From Sporopachydermia quercuum (lineage: Eukaryota): DNA of 64,000 bases. The position numbers and the translations under genes are program-made. The notes beneath the pieces are model-generated. The model searched no databases. It saw only the letters and a list, made by a program, of their open reading frames with translations, and had not been told where the DNA came from. Below are positions 35,356 to 48,097 of this stretch, piece by piece. The DNA lies in the NCBI GenBank assembly GCA_001599295.1, contig BCGN01000009.1, forward strand, positions 186,001 through 250,000, read 5' to 3'. Positions within the stretch are counted from its first letter, which is position 1, and the number at the start of each line of letters is the position of its first letter.

Positions 35356-35624
35356 AAAGCAAACCAGAAATAGCAAGAAACGAGGATTCAAAAAAACCCT
35401 GAATAAGTGCCGTTACATATTGTACAGCGTTTCTATTGAGAAGTTATTCCTTTAGCGTTATATTTGTTCTATTCCACGATAACCATTTTCTACGCAACAC
35501 AATATTTTGGATCCAAAGTCAAGTGGAGATTGCTTAGGAGCTGAAAGAAGATACAGGGATTGGAGAGTTACCGACGTGAGAGGTAAGACAAGACAGGAAA
35601 CGAAAATCTGAGAAACTAGTAACA

Positions 35625-36164
35625 ATGACTACTCTTTACCCAAGAACATGCTTCAAATGTGGAGCTGTTGGCCATTTGGCTGAAACTTGTACAGTTCCAG
35701 AAAGATTATGCTATAACTGCAAACAACCGGGACACCAATCATCAGACTGTCCTCAACCTAAGAGCACCAACTCTAAGCAATGTTACATTTGCGGTGGTAT
35801 TGGCCACGTTCAAGCTGACTGCCCTTCAAGCAAATCTGGACCCAAATGCTACAACTGTAATCAACCAGGTCACAGTTTCAAGAACTGTCCTTCAAATAGA
35901 GGAATTCCCCCTCCTAGAAGAGGCCCACACAATGCTGCTCCTGCTGCTGGAACTACTTGTTACAAGTGCGGTGGACCCAACCATTTTGCCAGAGATTGTC
36001 AAGTTGGTTTAGTCAGATGTTATGCTTGTGGTAAGACTGGACACATTTCCAAGGATTGCACCAGTGCTGGAACTAGTGGTAAGACTTGCTACAACTGTGG
36101 TAAATCTGGTCATATCTCTAAGGATTGTCCAGAAAATGCCGCTGAAGAAGAAACTCAAGAATAA
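35625..36164 (+). CDS. GIS2: CNBP-like RNA-binding protein with seven CCHC zinc knuckles
   Basis: Seven C-x2-C-x4-H-x4-C repeats. Adjacent to FOL1 and RTC4, as in S. cerevisiae. Confidence 0.95.
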   Translation: MTTLYPRTCFKCGAVGHLAETCTVPERLCYNCKQPGHQSSDCPQPKSTNSKQCYICGGIGHVQADCPSSKSGPKCYNCNQPGHSFKNCPSNRGIPPPRRGPHNAAPAAGTTCYKCGGPNHFARDCQVGLVRCYACGKTGHISKDCTSAGTSGKTCYNCGKSGHISKDCPENAAEEETQE

Positions 36165-37086
36165 ATCAAACTGTGGAGTTAGTCAACTTTATTATTATGG
36201 AGTTTGAGATAGCTTGATAGATTAAATCTTTGCTATTAATTTCTTGTAATTCATAATTTTATTCGATTGCTGTGGTAGAACGTTTGATTATATTATATGC
36301 TGGAGTTGAAATTAGCTATTGTTCTTCTAATTGGAACAAGGAGTAAGTTTGTATTTAGTTAGTAATTATTTAGCTATTCTGATTTGAGTTTCCTGTTTGT
36401 TTGAGGTGTGTTTGTTATTTGTTTCTCCTTAATCCATGATCATTAATTTTTTCAATGCAATTGGGAAAAGCGAGAGAGAAAGTTGATTAGTTGAAAGCCG
36501 TGAAGAAGTGATGATGCAACAGTTCGGGGGTAGCGATGTGAGATATTATTCAAATCTTGTGTATTTTTACGTCCTGGGGCTTCATGAGTCTTTTTTATGT
36601 TAATTTTTTGTTAATAGATCTTCCTCATTTTTTGAAAAATGTCCTTAGATCTTTCTGGTTTCTCGGTATGAATATCTTCTTTGTTGAATATCTTTTTTAT
36701 TAAATTTCAGTAAGTACTTAGTTGTTAAATTGTCAATAACCTGTTTTCTGAGGGCCATATAGATTGAATGAGTGATTGATTGTCAACTCTGATTTATGTA
36801 TTCTCAGAGATCCTTTGATGCATACTATTAGCGTGGGCTCTGAGTAGAAAAACACTCATATAACCAACTCATTATAATGAAATAAAATAAAACATACATC
36901 TCGGCATTTATCAGAGCTAACAAAACAATGAATTGAATGAAAAAAAGTACACTTGAAGACTTCTTTACATATTATATTCGTTCATTATACTAATACATAA
37001 CTATCCCATATAATGCCACTACCACTATTGAAAAGTCCTACAAGGTACTATGCCAAAAAAAAAAAAAAGGTTATGGTAAAATACAG

Positions 37087-38215
37087 CTAAACATCGCCAT
37101 TAACTATCTTACCATATTCAGAACTCTCTATTAAAACTTCATATGCTTCTTCTCGTGAATTTAATTTCACTTCCTGTTTTATCATAGAAACAGCCAATTC
37201 TGGTGATAGTACATATTGGGTATAATCGTTCTCCGACCAGAACGATATTGTAGAATCAGTTTTACAAAGCTTTGTTAGCTGTGGCTTGAAGTGGTTTAGT
37301 ATTTCTTCAATCATTATCATTTGGCCAACAGAACCATAGAAACCTGGTTTTGACCAACTAAAATCCATTTTAGTTAATAAGTCACCATTGAAGTGTGTCA
37401 CGATGCTGGCATTTTCGATNTCCTTTGCCTTTTGTATGAATCTGTATTTCCGGTTTTTATCTTTTGATAGCATGCATTTGACTTCAGGCAGATTTCTGAC
37501 TACCTGTTGTCTGAATATTTTCCCATCAACAATCTTATCTGGATATCCCTTATTTCTACCATCCTTTATTATCTCTTGTCGTTTCAACTTCAACTCATCT
37601 CTGAAGTTGCTACCATTTTCTTCATGCTTCTTTTCATCAAGCTTTAGGTACCTTTCCAGAGATGTTTTGTCTGTTGATTCAACGGCTGACAGTGTTTTCT
37701 GATCCATGGTGCAGTCCTGTTNACTGATCTTATCCCATAGAGCTTTTTTCTTGTTTTTGGCTTGCTGTAAGTCTCTTAAAGTATCTTCAATACCTTCTGT
37801 CTCATCATCTTGTATAACTAGAGTCTCAGCAACATCATTCACATCATCTTGGAATAGAAGGTCCAGAGGAGTATTGAATGTTGATATGTAGTCAATGTTT
37901 GATTTTGATTTGGTTGATACAGTAGAAACTCCTTTCCTACATGTATTCTTGCAATTTATATCATCAATATCAGCAAATTCATCACGTTTATTACTATCAT
38001 CAATGTTATTTGCTATATCACTCAGTTCATTACTCTTCTGTATTTTTTCCACCTTCCCGCGGTCAAGGGACGAAGATACTTTTGATTTGTACTTCTCATA
38101 ACTTCTTTTCCGTATTTTGTTCGGAATAACAGTATAGCTAGATCTTGTATAATTCTGTTAGTAACAAACTCTAACCACAAGCAGTAGATTATCGCAAATG
38201 TCCCACTCACGTCAT
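37087..38215 (-). CDS. RTC4: Restriction of telomere capping protein 4; exons 38215-38211, 38137-37087
   Basis: C-terminal RTC4-like domain (GFYGSVGQ, YTQYVLSPELAVSMIKQE, EEAYEVLIESSEYG). A 5-nt first exon ATGAC followed by GTGAGT..TACTAAC..TAG restores the frame. Syntenic with GIS2. Confidence 0.82.
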
Positions 38216-39117
38216 TACAGAAACTTTCAACTAGTTTTTATGGTTGTGTCATGGAAAGGCGATTGGTAAGTGTGAGTGATCTGGTGAGGGAGGATAGATG
38301 CCATACACAAGTGGCTATATTCTGAGAGCGACCTGCCAGTACTTATGGCAAAACAACAAATAAAACCCAACTGTGCTTGAATCACGTAATAATGCCAACA
38401 TCGATCAAATATAACCTGTGAATATTTGGAATACACCATATAATCGATCTTCAAGTTGGTGATATCTTCCTACTTTTCTTATCTCATTAAAAGCTTACTA
38501 TACGTCCGAAAGGCTGTAGGTTCAAGTGTCCTGTAAGCAAGAAAAATCACATGATATAGTTCTTGCTCCTAGGACAAAATATGTTGTCCCATATTTATGT
38601 ATTTTCTCTTCTAGTAGTTAACTTTAGTCTGGACAGAATATTACCGTGCGAGGTTGCGGCCAGAGTTTACCAATGCGATTGGAAAATTTCAGTATTTCAC
38701 AATATCGTAGTGGTATCCTACTAGGGATAGAGTAATAGATTATTGAGTATATATATAATGATAATGATAAATATAAATATTTAAGATAGCGCTGAATAAT
38801 CATTTTCTCAGGAGATTTGTCAGTGAAAGTAGTTGGTGTCAGCAAGGAAAGGAGTGCTTTTAGCTGATACCGCAGTAACCATCCGAGTTTCAATTAAAGT
38901 GAGCTCTCGTTATTCACTCAAGAGCTTGATTAACGGCGGATAGATATATATTTCATCAAACAGCAGAAAACTAGCCTCTGAGCCAGTAGCTTAAAGGATT
39001 CTAACCGCTGAACGAAATACTTGCAAATTAGAGGATTAGCTCAAACAACGAGACGTACTATCGGAAAACATCTCCTGGAAGTTGACGTACACTAAGACTT
39101 CAATTGATCCGACAGTA

Positions 39118-40164
39118 ATGCTAAGAAGTTTGAACTGTGGAGCAGTTCCACGATGTGCTTCTCTACGTAAGTAAATGTATTGGGGGCATCAGAATACCCC
39201 CAGTTGTGACAAATAAGAGAAGCTAGGGATTGTATTTGATCATAATTCATATAATGACTATCATAACTAACCGTTCATAGTTCTCCGAAGAGGGATTTCC
39301 GGAACGGCTACTTTGCCAGTAGAAGCCACAACAGAACGAGTGACTACCGAAACAATAGAGATTCCAGTAAATCCTAGCGTCAGAGCAGCATTAGTTCTAT
39401 CCAGAAACCCCATCGTCACCCCTGATTTAACAGAATTTGAGGGAAAGTATTACTATTATCAGTCTGAATTAAGGAAAAGACTAATGTGGTCATTCCCTTA
39501 CTACTTTTATTTCAAGAAAGGTACAATGTCCGAAAGAGCATTTATGAAAGCTCAAAGAAAACAAATTCTAAGCAGACAGAAAAACATTTGGTACCCCAAA
39601 GGTTTACCAGAGGTCCGATTCAATCGTGAATTAAAACAGAAGCAGACCGTCATTATTCCTAAAGTTCAAAATAGTTTGACTGGTGAAGTTGACGCTGCAT
39701 TAACTCTCAATTCCAGAACAACTGAAGCTGATGAAACAAATGATACTAAATCTTTAGAAAGAAGGCTTTCGCGTACATTATATCTTGTGGTTAAAGACTC
39801 AGGATATGGAAATGGATGGAAACTGCCTTCTACAGAATTACATAGCAATGAAACACTTGACATTGCAGCTGAAAGAGGATTAAGAGATTTTGGTGGTGAT
39901 AAAATCAAAACTTGGACAGTTTCCAGCAAACCAGCAGCAGTAATGAAATATGATAAGAAGAAGAGACCTTTAGGATCATTCAATGTTGCTAAAGATCGAG
40001 TTGATATTTCCGAGTATATCATCAAATCACATATCATTGCTGGTTCATTCAGTAATGTTGATGAGAGGATAACTGATTATGCATGGCTTAGCAAAGAGGA
40101 ACTAGGAGAAGTGTTGGATCAGCAATACTTCAAGGATTTGGAATGTTTATTTTCAGATGTTTGA
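39118..40164 (+). CDS. MRPL17: Mitochondrial ribosomal protein mL46; exons 39118-39166, 39281-40164
   Basis: LSRNPIVT, FPYYFYFKKGT, SRTTEADETNDTKSLERRLSRTLYLVVK. A GTAAGT..AACTAAC..TAG intron adds the presequence MLRSLNCGAVPRCASLLLRRGISG. Confidence 0.93.
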
Positions 40165-40392
40165 TTGAGGTTGATTATGTTATATGAAGTTGATCGATTA
40201 CATTGAATCGTAATATAGATAGAATCAACAGTCAAATCTCTCGTCGATCTTGATATCAGCTATTATGATATCTCATGTAAATATATATATCATTAGAGAA
40301 TAAGTTTTGTCTATATGTATTGTAGAATTGTAATATGTTGTGTTATGGTATTAATATTAAACATGGACTTATCAAATCCTCATACTCTATCT

Positions 40393-41713
40393 TCATTTCA
40401 TTTTTCTTGAAGCTATCATCATTATGTTTAAGACTCCTTTATCACCTAGGAATGCAAGAGCATATTTTGCAGGATGGAATTCAAGCTTTGGAGCATTTCC
40501 TGGTTGTTTGGTGTTAAGTTGATACACCAATTCACCACTAGGAACGTGATATATATCAATAATAGGATGTTTTTCATAACTGATAGATAAAAATCCACCG
40601 TCATGGGAGAAGCATATTGAACAGATAGGATAGCTATTCGATGGGTGCTTTGTTAGTTATTTCTCTTGTTATTAGATGCTGTTCGTCTAATCAAAAAATG
40701 TATACTTACTATTCTTTTGCTACAGATTTCACGCATATGAAGTTCGATATACTCCAAAGTAAAACAGATCCATCAGTATAAGCAGCAGCCAAATATTCCC
40801 CTTGTGGATCAAACGCCAGATTGGTTGCAGCACCATTTGGCCCCTCTAAAGAAGCTAGAAAGCTGAATTGAAGTTTGGGTTCCTGTTTAACTTCTGCCTC
40901 GTTTCCAGGTATTTCCTCCAAAAGGTAAATCTTCACTTGTCCTGACCTCAAAGCCAGAATGATTCCTTCTGAGTTATTAGAAAATATAAAATCCGTTATC
41001 TTGGTTTCTTCAGATATTTCTCCTATTTTGTTTAATTGGTTTTCCACGGCATATGTAATAATGACATTGTCCTAGTTTCAGTATGTTAGTATGTCTTAAT
41101 TAGTAGGAATAGTACTGAAATATTACTATGTACAGGAGAAACTCCTTGTAATAGTTGAAGGATTTCTTGTGAAACAACATACTTTCCGTAAAACAGCCAG
41201 ATATTTGCCATCAGAGCTATATTTGCAGCTTTTATTATAATACCCAGTTTTCAATTCAGTAATGCAAACCTTTAGTTTCGAATCCCATATTTTCACTTTC
41301 CCTTCGCTATCATCAGCACAACTAACTAGCACATCAGCATATCTTGGATCCCAACTAACGTATTCTATTTTCCTATCGTGGGCGTTTTTCAGCTCAGTTG
41401 AGAATTTAATATCCCTGGACTTCTCTGTATTATTCCATATTCTTATATTATGCTCTGATCTGATAACAGCTATTTTACTTCCAGTGCTGTTCCATGCCAG
41501 ACCTCGAGCTTGATCGGCTGCTTGACTACTATATCCTGAGTTTGAATATTGAGAATATCGGCCATAAGCGTTTGGAGCTTCAGCAAATTGATGTACTTTT
41601 AACGCTTTGAAATACTGTGGAGCATACGTAGGGTTAATTGGTTGTTGCTGAGTGATTGGTGTTGCAAGACCAGAAGAGGAGAGGGTACTCTGTGTCGTTT
41701 GTATTGACTCCAT
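40393..41713 (-). CDS. TEX1: TREX/THO complex WD40 subunit Tex1/THOC3; exons 41713-41183, 41071-40710, 40633-40393
   Basis: WD40 repeats (LAWNSTGSKIA, LAFDPQGEYLAAAYTDGSVLLW, ICFSHDGGFLS). Two introns with GTATGT/GTAAGT donors and ACTAAC branch points join the track ORFs in frame. Sits between MRPL17 and NRD1. Confidence 0.85.
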
Positions 41714-42046
41714 GATGCTGTAAATCTTGTGCTATTTAAGTCTGAGTATAAAAGAATAGGTAAGAAAGGTTGATTTCACTTTCAGGAGTTAAACTAGTAT
41801 TAAATCAATGGAAAATCGATAGATAGAGGTACCTTTATAAAGAATGAAGATTGCCAGTGATACTCGAAGTGTCTCAAAATAGAGTAGCAAACAAGTAACA
41901 GTGTTAACTGATTACGTCATTAATTAACATTCTAGACAGCATACTATATTATGATAATTGTGACTACATTAAATTGTCTACAGGGGATAAAAAATTTGGG
42001 TTAGATTATTGTTATCAATTTATTATTAAGATATACACCTTTTTGT

Positions 42047-44199
42047 TTAACGTTGTTGCTGTTGCTGCTGTTGTTGCTGTTGGAGAAAAGCCATAAACAT
42101 TTGCTGGTTGATTCCTCCATTCTGCATACTATTTTGCATAGCCTGTAAAGCATTGAGATCAAAAGCAGGCTGTTGCTGTTGTTGTTGCGAGAGCGGGGGA
42201 ACTTGCTGTTGCTGCATTAATGGCACCTGTTGAGGGGGTGGACCTGTATTGAACATTTGTCCTAATGAATTAGGAGTAGGAGGTAACCCATTGTTATTGG
42301 TTGCCCATGGAACGTTCATTCTATCGTTGTTTCCCAATGGTAAAGCATTTGAGCTACTGCCCATACGTTCTCCAGAATCCCGGTCTCTTCCGTACCTACC
42401 TCCACCATTACTAGGTCTATTATCACTTTCATTCAATCTTGATAAACCTTTAATTACCTGGGTTGGCATATGTTTACTCATAGCTTTAGATGAGATACCA
42501 GCGCCAATTTCAATGTCAGGTTCTTCCACAACGATCCCTGGAACCAGGGGCTTTCCGCCAGTTCCACCCCATTCAGCTGTTTGGATCCATCGTTTATCAG
42601 CCTCAGTAAGTGATTTGATAGGAATCACACTGATACCAGCATCATAATTATAACATTCTCTTGGACCAAAACCAACGGCCCATCTTGAACGAAGACCCAA
42701 TCCCCTTGATTTGGCATAAGTCTCGAAATTGTTCTTTACTGCTTCTGCTTCGGCACGAGAATACACTTTGACAAAAGCATGTCTCCTTTCACTATTGAGG
42801 ATCACGCTCTGTACAGCAGCAAATGGCTTGAGATATTCGGCTAATTGTCTTTCATCAGTTCTATTAGGAATACCACCTACAAATACAGTTCTACTAAGAA
42901 CCTTCACACAATCTTCAGCTAAATCTGGATCGTACGAAACGTTGATAGGCCTGTAATGAGGATTAGATGGTTCGTTACTCTCGGCACCAGCTAGGTTAAC
43001 CCTGGTAGGAGGTTCCCTATTTTGACGAGATGAAGGTGATCTGGATCTTCTCCTACCACCCATATTATTATTACGTCTATTGTTACCATAATTGTTGTAA
43101 TCGCGATCTCTGTTAGGTGATCTGGATCTATTACGACCATAAGACTCGTAGCCATTTCTTCTCTCATCTCTGAAGCCATTGTTGGGCTGTTGAAAACTGT
43201 TATTGTTGTTGTAATTGTTGTAGTTATTACGGTTGTTGTTGTCATTCACAGGAGCATTGTTATTGTTATTAGGTTTATTTTGAGCCAACAACATTTGAAC
43301 CATGGCCAATTGTTGAGAAGGATCCGTTGGAACTGGAGCAGAAGCATCGTCGCTGGATGATGTTAAACCAGGTAAGGGCGCACCAGTCGAAGGAAGAGCT
43401 GGCACACCGGCGGGGTTAGAACTACTAGGAACATCACCGTTAGTTGTACTTGAGCTTGCTAAAGACGAAAGAGCTTTTAAAATAGAAGCGGGATCTTTAG
43501 CTACAGTATCCGAAGACGTAGCATTTGTAAGATTGGTATTACTTGTTACAGGAGCATTAGAAGTATTACTAGTAGCAGTAGTTGATGAAAAAGATTTCAA
43601 AACAGAACTTGGTGGTGATCCCTTAGGAGTAGTGGATTCACCTGCAGTAGAAAGATACTTTGCACGGAAAAATTCAATTTCCTTGTGATCAAAGGTTCCC
43701 GCTCGATCCCAAATGTCAAATAGTTTCTTTAGTTTTTCCTTCACCTCATTGATTTCAGGAATAGAGAAAATATCTTCCATCAAACTACCAATAACACCTC
43801 TGATATGATTTACACCTCCAGCGAAAGTGCCGTCTGGTGCATTCTCGTTGATTACTTCACCTCTCTTATTTGCTTCGTCTTGATACTTTCTTACAATAGA
43901 ATCAACAACATATATCACTCCTAGCTTCATGGGGCCGGAAGTTCCTTTGGCATGAGTATACAATTTCTGGACGAATACGGATTCAGACTACAATCATAAG
44001 TTAGTTAGTTACCTATAATAAAAAGAAATTAAGGGTGAAAGAATAGTCATATTCAGTTGATTGAAAGAAAAATTTATTATACCTTAACGTTATCAATGGC
44101 TATTTGAGTCAGTTTCTTTATTCTTGATCCTGAAACACCATGAGGTTTTACATTTTGAAGTTGAGACAACAAAGTGACAAATTCTTCAATAACAGACAT
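42047..44199 (-). CDS. NRD1: RNA-binding transcription termination factor Nrd1 (CID, RRM, Q-rich tail); exons 44199-44083, 43987-42047
   Basis: GVSGSRIKKLT and KLGVIYVVDSIVR (CID), KVLSRTVFVGG, RHAFVKVYSRAEAE and RWAVGFGPREC (RRM), and a polyQ C-terminus. The intron is GTATAA..AACTAAC..TAG. Confidence 0.94.
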
Positions 44200-44716
44200 C
44201 TTGTTCAAATGTAAAAACTTAGTTTTATTTTCTGATACAAAAAAAAAGGTTTGTTACTGTAATAAAAAATTACTCTTCGCTTTGTTTTGCTTTACAGTAT
44301 AGTACTGTTTACACCAGTCGAATGAGCTGATTGTACCGAATTGAGATAAATGAACTCAATACAAATTCCCCAATAGTATATAGTATACCAAGTTGAGTCT
44401 AATACGATTGGTTAAAATTTACTGCTGCTTTGTTACTTCTACAATTGAAATACAATAATTCAAAGCAACAAATGATTTTTGGTGAAAAATGCTTTCTACT
44501 TTGAGGAGCTCACCAGAATACTTCGAAATACAATTACAAAGCTTGACTACCCGGTTATTTTACTCAATCAGTTAGTAGACGGATACTTAAATATTTGACT
44601 GTGGGCTTGCTGATCTTCTTGTTAGTTTTATTGACTTCCGAACAAGCAACAAACGTAAGAAGAATGAAATTTTACTTTGAGGGGCGGATTGGCTGGTTTA
44701 TATATGAGAATGATGG

Positions 44717-44724
44717 CCGGGTAA
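44717..44724 (-). promoter_or_regulatory. Reb1-type site TTACCCGG upstream of NRD1 and downstream of CRS1
   Basis: CCGGGTAA on the + strand is an exact match to the Reb1 consensus. Confidence 0.5.
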
Positions 44725-45174
44725 CTTTGTCGTAATTTTCTTCGGGGAAATTCATGTGGCATTATATTGATTACGTGAACATACTAAATCTTGAAGAGTC
44801 ATCTGATTATGTAATACTATAATATTGCGATTGAATGATTACGTGATGGAGAAACATCAAATGTAGAGCCTTGATTGTCCTCGGCTTCGCCGATGAAAGA
44901 ACTGGCCTGTTTTAACCCGTCTGCAATATAATATGCCTTGAAAGTTAAGTAAATGTGTATTGTATTTCTAGATGATGATTATTACATGACTTTCTATCCA
45001 GAAAAGGTTGAAATATCTTTTCTCTCTTGTCCATACAAAGTACTCATTTCTCATGTCGTCTTCTTTTTGATTACAGAACTCTGTACAATAGAGGAAAATT
45101 AACAACACAACGAAAAAAAGGGAGACATTGAGTTTACAGCATATAATCTACAACCAACATCATCATAGAATGAT

Positions 45175-48097
45175 CTATTGGTTGTATTTCTCATACAGTT
45201 TCTTTTGCTGTTCGAATAACTTTAAAAACTTCTTCTTCTGAGATTTGGAGACTGGATTGCCTTCTATATCGACAGAAGGAATTCCTTGATCATCAAACTC
45301 TTTATATTGACCCTTAATTTCTTCAGTTTGGAACATTTCCTCTGGTTTAATCTTGGCCTTCTCTTGAATTTGTCTCTCTTTCTTTAATTTTGCTTCAGCC
45401 AATTGAGCTTTCCTTACCTCATCTTGCTCATTTTGCTTTTTCTTAGCTTCGAGTTCAGACAGCAGCTTATCCTTCTCAGTTGCATCCAAAAACTTAATGG
45501 ATGCTGGTTCACTTGGTGTGCCATCACCAAGAGCAACACCGAGATTGAGAAGGTCAAAATCTCTTACTAAATCAGAAGCTGACAAGAAATCACTGTAAGG
45601 GGCTTTACCAATAGCTGATTTTCTGACCTTGTCTCTGTACCTAGCTAAGGCTTCAATATAAGGACGGGCAATTTCTTCTGCATCACCAGAACCGCTTTGT
45701 GATTGTTTTTCATCCGCCCAACCGAGTCCGTCTGGCCTAACAAGGAATCCCATAACTGAAAGAATGTGGTTTATCCATCTAGTAATCTTTTCTAGTACTT
45801 GTAATCCTGGATCATCCTGTTTGACAGCCAAATATGAGTAAACATGAGACACGAGGTTACTTAATTCTCTGAGAACTACAGGAGTGGAAAGGTTGTCACA
45901 GAATGCGTCATCAACGACTTTGACAGTAGCATCAAACTTATCAAACAATTCAGCTTCAGCTTTTGAAAACTTGAACTGAGCTTTTGCGTCCTCAACCTTT
46001 GTATCGTATAGTATAGACCTCATGTTGGTAAAGAACTTAGAGATTCTTGATTCGTATGATTTCACTTCTGTAAGTAGACTTTCTTTGAAATCCATACCGC
46101 TATGCCATTGTTGCAGAGCAAATGATAAACGCAACTGTCTAGCAGTGTATCTCTGTAAAGCTTCTTGAATAGTGATAAAATTCTTCAAACTCTTACTCAT
46201 TTTTTGTCCTTCAATATGAAGATGACCTGTATGGAGGAAATAGTTGACCCAGTCATGACATCCATGGAAAGCTTCTGATTGAGCTACTTCGTTATCATGA
46301 TGAGGGAATGCCAAATCAATTCCACCTGAATGGATATCCATATGGGCTCCCAAAACACAAGAAGCCATGACTGAGCATTCAATATGCCAACCAGGACGTC
46401 CTTCTCCCCATGGAGACTCCCAAGCAGGTTCACCAGGTTTACTCCCTTTCCATAGAGCAAAATCGTTCTTGGATTTCTTACCTGTCCCCAAAGTCAATGA
46501 GCCTTCACCCTCATTTATCAAATCTTCTTTTCCTTTATTCCAAGGTTGCAATTTAGCATAGTTGAAACCTTGTGATTCGAAAGCTCCAGTATCAAAATAC
46601 ACTGAACCATCAGTAGTGGCGTAGGCAAGCTTTTTATCAACTATGATCTTAACAAAATCAACAATCTCAGGCATATATTGAGAGACTCTTGTAACGACGT
46701 CTGGTGGTAAGACATTAAGAGCTTTCATGTCTTCGTTGAATTTGTTTTCCCAGTAGGCTGGCAATGATCTGAAAATGGCAGGATCTTTCACAGTAGAACT
46801 CAATTTGGCGTCCAAAACAGGGACCCAAATGTCCTTTATAGCTTCGTAGAAAGTTTCAGAATCAATACTATCAAGAGATGCAGTAGCTGATTCAATTCCC
46901 TTGGCGGCATCTCTGGCTGCTGCTAGATGCATACTAAACTTCGGATTCACCACAACTTGAGCAGCAGTATCAACACTAGTAGCCCAGGCTTCAAATGATG
47001 ATATATCCACTGGTTGAGGGACTCCATGAAGGGAAAGGTTCTTCGCAATATATTCTTTCCAAGCCTCAGTTACATCGTTCAGGATTTCTGATGTAACTGT
47101 TTTGTTTCCAGCTTTGAACTGGTCAAACAGGTACAGTTGACGTGCTCTAATGATGATTTTATCGTCGATATCAGTAACATTTTGAACGAATTTTACTTGA
47201 AATCCAAAATAATCCTGTAAAATTCTTCTGTTGATGTCGATTGATACGTAGTTCCGGGCATGGCCCATATGACTTGCATCGTATACAGTAGGACCACAAG
47301 AGTACCAGGTGACAAAGCCTTCTTCTCTTGGTTTGAACGGGACTTTTTCGTGAGAAAAAGTGTTGAAGAGCTTGAGTTTTTCCTGCGATGGCATTGCTGA
47401 GTAGCTGATTTGTCTTTTGCTTTGCAAAGAGGGCAAATGAGAAATCCTTCCTTTAAGATGGTTAGTAAATTAGTGACAAGAGTGTATGGTTGTAATGATA
47501 ATGAATAAGTAAGGATAGCCTTCCGATGTTTGTTGTAGTACCTAATAAAGTTCGCAGTTGATAAAATGAGTTGAATTCTCTTATTATTAAGTTCTGAATG
47601 ATTTGCAAAAGATCAAATATATATTGAGCCCAAATTAGTAATGCTACCAGTAACAAAATAACGGCAATCACCACAGTAAGACATATTGTTTTAGTGAGAG
47701 TAATTTCATGACGAGGTCTGAACATAAACGAAGTGAAAGAGCACGCCGTTTGATTGATTAGTTCTGGGATCTAATTGACAGCTTTGTTGTTGCATATTTC
47801 TTCCGCAAATATTCATGCTTTAATATATCTAGTGATATATAGAAATCTGCGTTCAGTTCTATTCTTCATTCATTCATTAATTCACTCATGGTGTTGTACA
47901 GCGTCATATTACTGTCAAACTGAAACTCTTTCTTGCCGTAAAGCACAGCCAAATTCCCTTACAATTCGTCTGATTTCTGCTCAGATTCACATTCTTGACA
48001 ACCATACTGTACGAACCATTACTATAACACAACCTCACTCGTAGCTGCTCATCGTTTATCAGAAGATGTACTTACTGAAGTTACGAAAACTTCTCAT
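45175..48097 (-). CDS. CRS1: Cysteinyl-tRNA synthetase; cytosolic form from ATG 47394, predicted mitochondrial form with exons 48097-48076 and 47450-45175
   Basis: WYSCGPTVYDASHMGHAR (HIGH), GRPGWHIECS, HSGGIDLAFPHHDNE and KMSKS. The upstream micro-exon is inferred from splice signals and is less certain than the enzyme call. Confidence 0.93.

Noticed and set aside
35659..36012. 117-aa +1-frame ORF overlapping GIS2
   Set aside because: It has no ATG start (GTG) and is a typical shifted-frame by-product of biased codon usage.
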